DNA of 64,000 bases, taken from positions 1-64,000 of IMG/VR virus record IMGVR_UViG_3300035696_002928; one strand, written 5' to 3'. Position numbers and translations under genes: made by a program. This DNA is from a virus. Its lineage: Duplodnaviria > Caudoviricetes. Shown in pieces: positions 43,588-51,070 of the stretch. Each line of letters opens with the position of its first letter. Positions within the stretch are counted from its first letter, which is position 1. Below the pieces are notes generated by a model. It was given only the letters and a program-made list of their open reading frames with translations, had not been told where the DNA came from and did not search any database.

Positions 43588-44199
43588 ATGAAGACCTATC
43601 CCGGACTCCTGAATCTCAATGGCAACCTGCTCGTGTCCGTGGACTTGGAGACCACCGGCCGGCGGCCCGGCTACCACGAGATCATCCAGGTCGCCTGCGT
43701 GCCGCTGGACGCCGAGTTGAAGCCGGCGGCCAACCTCCGTCCCTTCTACACCGAGATCAAGCCCAACTTCCCCGAACGGGCCGAGCAGCAGGCACAATTC
43801 AAGCACAACATCCCGATGGAGCAACTGCTGCTGCACGCCCCTGACCAGGACAAGGTGAAAGATTTGTTCGTCGAGTGGTTCGAGAGCCTAGACCTGCCCT
43901 TCAAGAAGAGTCTGGTGCCGATGGCGCATAATTGGTCGTTCGAGTCGAGTTGGCTCAAGGAATGGCTGGGCGTCACGCTCTTCGACGACATCTGGTTCAG
44001 CCACGCCCGCGATGGGATGCTGCTGGCTATTGCCATCAACGACCGGGCCGCCATGCGTGGCGAGGCGATCCCGTTCAACCGCGTGGGGTTGGGATCGCTC
44101 TGCGCCAAGTTCAACGTCGTCAACGCCAACGCCCACGACGCCCTGGCCGACGCCTTGGCTGAGGCCGAAGTCTACCGGGCGCTGCTGCAAATGTTCTAG
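43588..44199 (+). CDS. DEDDh 3'-5' exonuclease (DnaQ/Orn-like)
   Basis: SVDLETTG, MAHNWSFE, AHDALADA. Confidence 0.88.
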   Translation: MKTYPGLLNLNGNLLVSVDLETTGRRPGYHEIIQVACVPLDAELKPAANLRPFYTEIKPNFPERAEQQAQFKHNIPMEQLLLHAPDQDKVKDLFVEWFESLDLPFKKSLVPMAHNWSFESSWLKEWLGVTLFDDIWFSHARDGMLLAIAINDRAAMRGEAIPFNRVGLGSLCAKFNVVNANAHDALADALAEAEVYRALLQMF

Positions 44200-44209
44200 G
44201 AGGTGTGAC

Positions 44210-45229
44210 ATGGGACCAGTTCTGAAACTCGCCGACTGGAACAAGATCATCCAGCAGGTCAACGACCTGGCAAACAACCCGCCGGCCGGTTGCAATGGCA
44301 CGTCCGCACTGAGTCCGGTGACGGACCCGCATCGTTGGTCGAAGACCGACATCAAGGGGGTTCAGGATGCGCTGCAAGCCATTTGCAGCAGCAACACCTT
44401 CGACACCATTCCCGATCTCTGGAAACAGAAGACCATCGACGACATCAACACGGCGATTGCCAACGGCTGGTGCCAGCAATGCAAGCAGCAGTCCGTCAAG
44501 ACCTACCAGGTCGTTCCGATCCACGGGTGCGAGGTGGCGACGTGCGGCGACCTGAGTAATCCCGTCCCTTACACGTCAACCATCGCCCTCGGCAACCAGG
44601 CATGGGCGGCCTGCACCGCCTACTACCTGGACTATCTTGCCCGCTGTACGTTGCAAAGCCAACTCGCCACGGAACAGGCGAAGCCGAAGCCGGACCAGGG
44701 CGTCATCAACGGGCTGCAAGGACAGATCAACACCAAGACTTCCGACATGGCCGTCCAACGCGGACTGGCCGACGCAGCGGCCACGGCGCAAAGTGCCTTC
44801 TTTACCAGCTATGATTCCTGCGCCCAGGCCCATGACCTTCCCGGGAACTGCCAGAATATGTGGCCGATGGTTGCCGCACTGACCGGCCACCCGTGGGCCG
44901 ATAAGCCGTGCAGCCCGAAGGACATGCTCGGCCCCTGGCGCGAAAGTTGGACGCTTGCCGTCCGCTGGGGCACCAGCGGTCCTTTTAACCTCGTCCTAAG
45001 CGGCTACTTTTCACCAGGCGGTGTCCCGTTTGCCCTGATGACCTTCTCAAGCGCCGCACCCATCGCTGGAAAGAAGGCGGTCTGGTGCTATTGCGGTGCA
45101 GGTTGCTTGACTCCGAACCTGTCGTGGTTCCCTCCCTACAAGGACATGAACCCCTGTAGTGACGCCGAGAACACGACCGACTACGACGGCTCGACCACTT
45201 GGAGCGTCGAGTACCGCTGGTATGCGTGA
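44210..45229 (+). CDS. Cys-rich hypothetical protein (possibly virion-associated)
   Basis: AGGAGG RBS; many Cys and Trp; internal coiled coil. Confidence 0.6.
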   Translation: MGPVLKLADWNKIIQQVNDLANNPPAGCNGTSALSPVTDPHRWSKTDIKGVQDALQAICSSNTFDTIPDLWKQKTIDDINTAIANGWCQQCKQQSVKTYQVVPIHGCEVATCGDLSNPVPYTSTIALGNQAWAACTAYYLDYLARCTLQSQLATEQAKPKPDQGVINGLQGQINTKTSDMAVQRGLADAAATAQSAFFTSYDSCAQAHDLPGNCQNMWPMVAALTGHPWADKPCSPKDMLGPWRESWTLAVRWGTSGPFNLVLSGYFSPGGVPFALMTFSSAAPIAGKKAVWCYCGAGCLTPNLSWFPPYKDMNPCSDAENTTDYDGSTTWSVEYRWYA

Positions 45230-45238
45230 GGATAAACT

Positions 45239-46045
45239 ATGTTGCCAGTCATTGAACCTGACGGGATGATCCGCTACAGCGAGCCCCCGGCCAACGTGCC
45301 CGCGGGCTGGACGCCAAGCCCGGACAATCCGCAAATCTACTTGCCGCCGTGGCAGCCCTGCGCGCATCGCCTTGTCGGTTTCGACAACCGCACGATGGTC
45401 ATTACGCCCACCTGCCTTCTTGCCCTGGGGCCAGTCCCCATCAGCCGTTGCATCGGCTGTCCCCTGCGGCAGGACCCGTCGCCAGACCACTACCGGAACT
45501 TGGACTTCCGCAACCTCACGCAGAAGACCTACCCGGTCCCGGCCTTGGGGCCCCTCGAACGAATCCAAATGCAAATACCCGAGGGTTGCAAGGACGCTAA
45601 GACGGCGACCATCACGACCATTGCCGACAAGCCGCTCGCGGAGGCAGCCCCCGTGACCCCGCCGACCCCGGAAGCCTACTCGCCGAATGTCCCTCGCCCC
45701 GACCTGGCGGCCATCAGCACCACGCTGCCGCCGGATGACGCGAGCAAGGACCGGACCTTCAGGCGGCCCGTGTTCGAGCCCGATGGTTCCATCGTCTATC
45801 CGCACGACGACAAGGACTGGGAACCGCCGCAGAACATCAACGGCTATGTACGCGATCCCGACAACCAGTGGCGCTTCCTGCCGCTGTGGCTGCCATGTGC
45901 GCTACGGATGCAGACCGCCTTCCTCAAGGCCAACTGCGGCTGCATCGACATCATCATGCGGTGCAACAATCCGCAAGCACCCACGTTCGGGCAGCGTGTG
46001 CCGTCCACCATCTGTGCGACTTGTCCCGTGAGGAGTGAGCCATGA
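45239..46045 (+). CDS. Protein with two copies of an unassigned Cys-rich domain
   Basis: EPDG...N...PxWxPC.HR...CxxCP[LV]R twice. Confidence 0.65.
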   Translation: MLPVIEPDGMIRYSEPPANVPAGWTPSPDNPQIYLPPWQPCAHRLVGFDNRTMVITPTCLLALGPVPISRCIGCPLRQDPSPDHYRNLDFRNLTQKTYPVPALGPLERIQMQIPEGCKDAKTATITTIADKPLAEAAPVTPPTPEAYSPNVPRPDLAAISTTLPPDDASKDRTFRRPVFEPDGSIVYPHDDKDWEPPQNINGYVRDPDNQWRFLPLWLPCALRMQTAFLKANCGCIDIIMRCNNPQAPTFGQRVPSTICATCPVRSEP

Positions 46046-46557
46046 CCCAACCTTGTGATTGCCCGAGTACGCCGCTGCCGGTGCCCGGCGACAAGCAAGA
46101 CGGCCTACAGATCAACTACGTGCTCAACTACGACGGGCCGCAGACGGACGTGTACCGGACTCTGGCACACGCGGTTCCTGAAGGTGATCTGGAATGCGGG
46201 CGGCCCGTCTGTCATCCAGACGGAGCGCTCGAATTCCCAACGGGCACACCAGCCGACATCTACGGCTACACCCGCGACGGCACAAACCCGCGGCTCTTCC
46301 GCCCTGCATGGCCGGAGTGCATCCACCGGGCCTTCGGCGTCCTCATACGGGACAAGCAGCTTGTGATCGCCGGCCGGTGCAACCGCCTCGGCTGTGAGCA
46401 GTTCGGTTGCCCGGTCACGCTCGACCTTTGCCAGGGATGCCCCGTGCGGCAGGCGGCCACCGTCCACAAGCCGAAGAGCATCCGCACCCTGATTGCTGAA
46501 ATGGAAGCCCGCGGCAAAGCGGGCGCGGCAGCACGGATCGTGGCCGGCAAGAAGTAG
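46042..46557 (+). CDS. Protein with one copy of the same Cys-rich domain
   Basis: HPDG...GY.RD..NPRLFRPAWPECIHR...CQGCPVR. Confidence 0.65.
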   Translation: MTQPCDCPSTPLPVPGDKQDGLQINYVLNYDGPQTDVYRTLAHAVPEGDLECGRPVCHPDGALEFPTGTPADIYGYTRDGTNPRLFRPAWPECIHRAFGVLIRDKQLVIAGRCNRLGCEQFGCPVTLDLCQGCPVRQAATVHKPKSIRTLIAEMEARGKAGAAARIVAGKK

Positions 46558-46573
46558 GCACTGACACAGAAAC

Positions 46574-46612
46574 AAAAGGGCACCCGGCGCTTGTCGCCGG
46601 GTGCCCTTTCTC
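46574..46612. terminator. Bidirectional intrinsic terminator between convergent blocks
   Basis: AAAGGGCACCCGGCG-cttgt-CGCCGGGTGCCCTTT, 15-bp perfect stem with A/T tracts on both sides. Confidence 0.85.
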
Positions 46613-46633
46613 TACTTCTGGACTGCCTCCACA

Positions 46634-46816
46634 TTACGGGATTGGCACCGGGCAGTCGGGGTCAGGCCCCAAGGCTGCCACACGTTCTGCGCGAATGGCC
46701 TCTGCCGCAGACCGCGCCTTTGCCAGGTCCACTTGGACCGAAGGCGTATCGCGGCCCTGCGATTGCACGAGGACCATATCGGCATGGGTTGGTCGGGGAG
46801 GATTGATCGCCTGCAT
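46634..46816 (-). CDS. Small protein, paralog of 46820-47032
   Basis: MQAINPPRPTHADMVLVQSQGRD. Confidence 0.6.
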   Translation of the reverse strand: MQAINPPRPTHADMVLVQSQGRDTPSVQVDLAKARSAAEAIRAERVAALGPDPDCPVPIP

Positions 46817-46819
46817 GGT

Positions 46820-47032
46820 TCACTCCCCCTCAGCGGCCTCGTCCGGGCAAGACTCGCTGGATTCGTCGTCATGGACCCACTGCGGGGCAGGCGACGGCCC
46901 CATCCGCCGCGCGTGATCGTTGGCACGCGCGGCGGCCACGTCTTGATCGACGGCCTGGGGATCGCGCCCCTGGGCCGGGATCAGCGCCATGTCATTGTGG
47001 GTCGGCTTCGGGTTGTCGCCGATTCCCTGCAT
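46820..47032 (-). CDS. Small protein, paralog of 46634-46816
   Basis: MQGIGDNPKPTHNDMALIPAQGRD. Confidence 0.6.
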   Translation of the reverse strand: MQGIGDNPKPTHNDMALIPAQGRDPQAVDQDVAAARANDHARRMGPSPAPQWVHDDESSESCPDEAAEGE

Positions 47033-47035
47033 GGC

Positions 47036-47224
47036 TTAGAGTCCCTTCCACTGCCCGTCGTACTTGGCGGCCTTGTTGACCTCGGGGGCCTTCACGTCGC
47101 CGGACTCGGCGAGGGCTTCGCCCATCGCGGGCTTGCGCTCGACGTGCGTGCCGGTTTCGCCTTCGGCCTGAACGAGGATGTTGTCGATGTTGCCGTTGCC
47201 GGCCGGTGCTCCGATGTTCTGCAT
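47036..47224 (-). CDS. Small protein, distant paralog
   Basis: MQNIG...ILVQAEG. Confidence 0.55.
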   Translation of the reverse strand: MQNIGAPAGNGNIDNILVQAEGETGTHVERKPAMGEALAESGDVKAPEVNKAAKYDGQWKGL

Positions 47225-47292
47225 CGTAGTGTACCTTTTCGTTAAGAGAAACTGATCGAACGAAACGCACGCCAACCGAACGCCGGCTGACG

Positions 47293-47475
47293 TTACTTGC
47301 CCTTCCGGCGGTGTGACATCGCCATCAGGGTCCGCGCCATTGCGACCTGGCGCTTGGTCGTCGGGTCCTTGTGGGCCTCCCGCATGAACTGCGAAAGGCT
47401 CTCGCCTGCCCGTTTGGCCTTGGCTTTCAGAGCCCCAGGGTGCTTGATTGCCCCCTGAATCCACTTTTCAGCCAT
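47293..47475 (-). CDS. Small basic phage protein
   Basis: MAEKWIQGAIKHPGAL, a motif I recognise from uncharacterised phage proteins. Confidence 0.65.
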   Translation of the reverse strand: MAEKWIQGAIKHPGALKAKAKRAGESLSQFMREAHKDPTTKRQVAMARTLMAMSHRRKGK

Positions 47476-47560
47476 CGGTTGGCCCTCCAGTTGAAGGTTG
47501 CACAAATCAACTCGAACACGAACCCTCAAGTCAGTTTCCGTCGATCCCTACGGTCGCCGC

Positions 47561-50500
47561 TCAAGGTGACTGCAAGAACGCTGTCCCTGCGCCTAGCTTG
47601 CCGGTGTTCGTATCCAACTTGAAGTCGAATAACGCACCATCCGGCGCATCGTCCGTGATGATCTTCACACCGCTACTGCTTTGACCATCCACCATCAGAA
47701 GATCATTCTGGACGATGAACACATCGGACAGAGCACCATGCGTACTGTCCGTCACGTTGGTCACGAACGCGGTCAAGTCAATAGCTAACTGGCCGTCGTT
47801 GACGACCAATACCTGTTTGAGCGCCGTCTGCGGGCTGGCCGCAGGCAGGTCGCCCGCACTGCTGTCCACCACCTGGGCGTTGACATCCAGTGCCAACGCG
47901 CCATGCGAATTGTCGCCGGGGGCGGTAAGCCGAAACACGTCCCCAAAGTATCCGTACTTTGCGACCCCCGCCTTGGAATCCATTACCGTAGTTGTTGACA
48001 GGTCGATCACCAGCGGATGCGGGTCTTGCGCGATCTGCATGGAGGGTCCTGGTGCCAACAAGACGGGTGTAAAGTCGAACGGCAAGTGGGCAATGCCGGG
48101 CGTGTCCTGGTACAAGGCAATCGCCGGCAAAGCCTGTGCCGCAAAGCCCACGTCGGTCGGTGTCCGGTCGCCCCAGTCCGCGGGGCCGCTGAACACCACG
48201 TTCGGGCCGCCCAGAAACACGGGTTTGCTGGGGAGGCTCGACGTATCGCCGACAGGCAGCGTCCCGGACGCATTCGTTCCCAGGCCGCCGCCGCCCGCGT
48301 TCCCGCTGTCGATGTCGGCCTGCGAGGGCCAGGTCGTCGATTGCGGCAGCGCCGCGGGCCAGTAAAAGGGGTCCTGCACCAGGGTGCCGCCGCGCACGGG
48401 CGTCGCACACTCGAAGTCGATGCAGTTTTCCGCCGAATTGTAGTCCGCTTTCTCGACAACCATCTTCACCGGCCCCAAGGCGACGTAGCCCGTCGCGTCG
48501 AGCGTCAGGCAGTCGAACGCCTCGAATGGCAGTTTGTGGAGGTAGGTGCGGAACTTCACCCGCTTCCAAGCACTCGACAAGCGGATCAACCAGAAGGTCG
48601 CCATCTTGAGGATGATGTCCGGCTGGTTGAAGATGTACCAATCGTAATCCTTCTCCCAGAGGCCGTAGCGCTGGACGTTGTGCCGCAAGACCATGTACTG
48701 GCTCTGGCTGGCCTGCTCGGCGGAAAACTCGTAGGCCGGCACGTTCGTCAGCCGCCACGTAATGTTCATCTTCGTAACGATGTCTTCCGTGCGCTGCGCC
48801 AGTTCCACCGCCATGCCCTTGTCAGCGTCGATGTCGCTGACCGTGATCGTGCCCACCGGCGTCGGCTCCTCGGGCAGGTACTTGATGTAGACAACATTGT
48901 CCTCCAGCCACAAGGCGCAACGCGACTGAAAGCAAATCTCCTTGAGCACCTGCACCACGTTCTTCCGCTGCAAGAGCGGGAAGTTCGCCGGGAACGGAGC
49001 CAGCTTCGTGCGAACGTAGTTGAAGCTGTCCGCGTCGTAGGTCAGGTCCGTGTAGTTGTCGATGATGTACTCAAGGGTGTCAACGATGTTCGGGCCGACC
49101 GACGACTGGAAAGTGATGTACAACTCGTCGGACCAGCCGCGCACGTTGTCCCCGTGGGCGTTCACGAACCACACCTGACTCAGTTGCTCCTTCAACACGA
49201 CCTGCACGGCGGTGACGCTGCCGTAGGTTTTCGTCTCGATGGTGTAAAGGTCCTGCGGCACGGGCGTCAGCCGCCGCACGCCGTCCACGGACTGGAAGGC
49301 TTTCACGGCCAGCACAGTCCCCGGCGTAATCGACGCGATGTAGGTGATCGTGGGGTCCGTGTACAACCGCACCGGCGACCCGGCATCGTACCACGTCTCG
49401 TTCACCAGGGAGTTGATTAGCACAAAGCCGCCCGGCGGCGGCGTCAAGAACTTGTAGAGTCCGTAGTTGCGGACTTCGCACGAATTGCCTGTGCCCTCGG
49501 GGGTTGGCGTGCAAGGCACCGGCACGCGGAAGTCATACGGATGCCAGCCCGTGTCGGGAATCGGCTGGCAGTCCGGCAGCCGCACCCGCTGGTAGGCCGC
49601 ATTCGTGATCGTGTTGGCGATCTGGTTGGCGAGTTCCGTTTCCAACTGCGGGTCCACGCGGCTGCTGATGTAGAAGGCGTCCCCTTGGAAGACCCCGTGG
49701 AACAGGCCGCTGCCGATCTGGATGGTCACGGGAGTGTTCTGCGGGAAGTCTTCGCCGCCGAGGATGTGGACCGGGTTGGCACCCTCGCCCTGGAAGTCCG
49801 CCTCGGCCATCTGCAAGGCCCGCCGCTCGACCGCGCACTTCTCCTGCCGCAGCATCATAAAGGCTTCCATGCTGAGTTGCTGGTTCAACTTGTTGGCAGC
49901 GTCCAGCAAATCGGCGGACTTCTTCGGGTCAACGATCTGCCACAACTCGCTCGCCTGCATGAGCGTGCTGTAGTGGATGTGCTCGATGGACATTTGCATC
50001 AACTTGTGATCGTCCCGGTTCGAGCCGTTCACGTACAGCGGACTGTTCGAGTATTCCTGCTGTCCGCCGAGGATGCCCACGCCTTGCAGCGTCGTACCCG
50101 TGACCGCCAGCGACATCTTGAGCGCCGGGTAGTCGTAGGCCAGGCCGAACACCATCGGCCACGCCTTGCCCACCAGGTCCGCAGGGATGAAGGGGAACTG
50201 CCCCTCGTCTGCCGAGAACCCGATCTCCTTGTCTTCGATCTGCGACACGGCGCTGAACTTGACCGTGCGGTCGCGCTCGTTCCAACTGGCCGGTGTGTTG
50301 ATCTTGCCGGAGAACACCAGGAACTTGTCGCTCAACGCCAGGCCCGTGAACCACTGGTACAGCCGCACGGGCCGCTTGTGGATGTCGTAGGCATCGAAAA
50401 TCTTCTTGAGCGCGCCGTCCGTGTCGTCGAGCGTGATGGCGATTTCCTGTGACGGGCTGTTCTGCATCGTCACGTCGATGGCTTCGTCCAGGTCGCCCAA

Positions 50501-50662
50501 CTCCACGATCTTGCCTGGGATGGCCGGCGGCCCCGCGATGTCCTTGTCGGCATACGATGACGTGACCCCGCCTTCGGACCAGTCGATCTCCAGGATGCAG
50601 ACCGGCTCGTTGCCGTGGGTGGTCGTCAGTTTCGCCAGACCGTCGCTAGAAATGGTACGCAT
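47561..50662 (-). CDS. Large tail tip/hub (host-specificity J-like) protein
   Basis: 1033 aa; GKAWPMVFG, KQLSQ, SSVGPNIVD; position downstream of the TMP and tail genes. Confidence 0.7.
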   Translation of the reverse strand: MRTISSDGLAKLTTTHGNEPVCILEIDWSEGGVTSSYADKDIAGPPAIPGKIVELGDLDEAIDVTMQNSPSQEIAITLDDTDGALKKIFDAYDIHKRPVRLYQWFTGLALSDKFLVFSGKINTPASWNERDRTVKFSAVSQIEDKEIGFSADEGQFPFIPADLVGKAWPMVFGLAYDYPALKMSLAVTGTTLQGVGILGGQQEYSNSPLYVNGSNRDDHKLMQMSIEHIHYSTLMQASELWQIVDPKKSADLLDAANKLNQQLSMEAFMMLRQEKCAVERRALQMAEADFQGEGANPVHILGGEDFPQNTPVTIQIGSGLFHGVFQGDAFYISSRVDPQLETELANQIANTITNAAYQRVRLPDCQPIPDTGWHPYDFRVPVPCTPTPEGTGNSCEVRNYGLYKFLTPPPGGFVLINSLVNETWYDAGSPVRLYTDPTITYIASITPGTVLAVKAFQSVDGVRRLTPVPQDLYTIETKTYGSVTAVQVVLKEQLSQVWFVNAHGDNVRGWSDELYITFQSSVGPNIVDTLEYIIDNYTDLTYDADSFNYVRTKLAPFPANFPLLQRKNVVQVLKEICFQSRCALWLEDNVVYIKYLPEEPTPVGTITVSDIDADKGMAVELAQRTEDIVTKMNITWRLTNVPAYEFSAEQASQSQYMVLRHNVQRYGLWEKDYDWYIFNQPDIILKMATFWLIRLSSAWKRVKFRTYLHKLPFEAFDCLTLDATGYVALGPVKMVVEKADYNSAENCIDFECATPVRGGTLVQDPFYWPAALPQSTTWPSQADIDSGNAGGGGLGTNASGTLPVGDTSSLPSKPVFLGGPNVVFSGPADWGDRTPTDVGFAAQALPAIALYQDTPGIAHLPFDFTPVLLAPGPSMQIAQDPHPLVIDLSTTTVMDSKAGVAKYGYFGDVFRLTAPGDNSHGALALDVNAQVVDSSAGDLPAASPQTALKQVLVVNDGQLAIDLTAFVTNVTDSTHGALSDVFIVQNDLLMVDGQSSSGVKIITDDAPDGALFDFKLDTNTGKLGAGTAFLQSP

Positions 50663-51060
50663 TATTGCTGCACTCCCTCGAACTCGATGTCAATGGCTTG
50701 CAACTCGCCGCGCGGCATGGGCGTGATCGCCGGAGCCGCGGCGTTCGGCGTATCGAACTCGAACGGATTGTTGGTGAAGTGCCCCACCCACGTCCGCCCG
50801 CGGTGGTCCACCGCCTGCACCGCGACGGCGAAGTAGGCGAAGATGAAGGCCCGCAGTTCCAGCGCCTTGTTGCGGCTGAGAAGGAAGGTCCACTTCAGCT
50901 TGCGGCGGCCGTCCCGGCGCTTGACGTAGGTGTAGCGCGTCCCGTCCATCGCCAGCTTCCGAGACACCGTATCCAGCAGGTTCTCTTGATCGCTGAATTG
51001 CGGGCTCGGAAGCACGGTGGTCGTTTGCAGGAGTGGCGACGGTGCGGAAACTTGGAACAT
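50662..51060 (-). CDS. Distal tail protein-like
   Basis: MDGTRYTYVK...LKWTF; resembles the C-terminal domain of 51071-53845. Confidence 0.55.
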   Translation of the reverse strand: MFQVSAPSPLLQTTTVLPSPQFSDQENLLDTVSRKLAMDGTRYTYVKRRDGRRKLKWTFLLSRNKALELRAFIFAYFAVAVQAVDHRGRTWVGHFTNNPFEFDTPNAAAPAITPMPRGELQAIDIEFEGVQQ

Positions 51061-51070
51061 GCCTGCCTCC

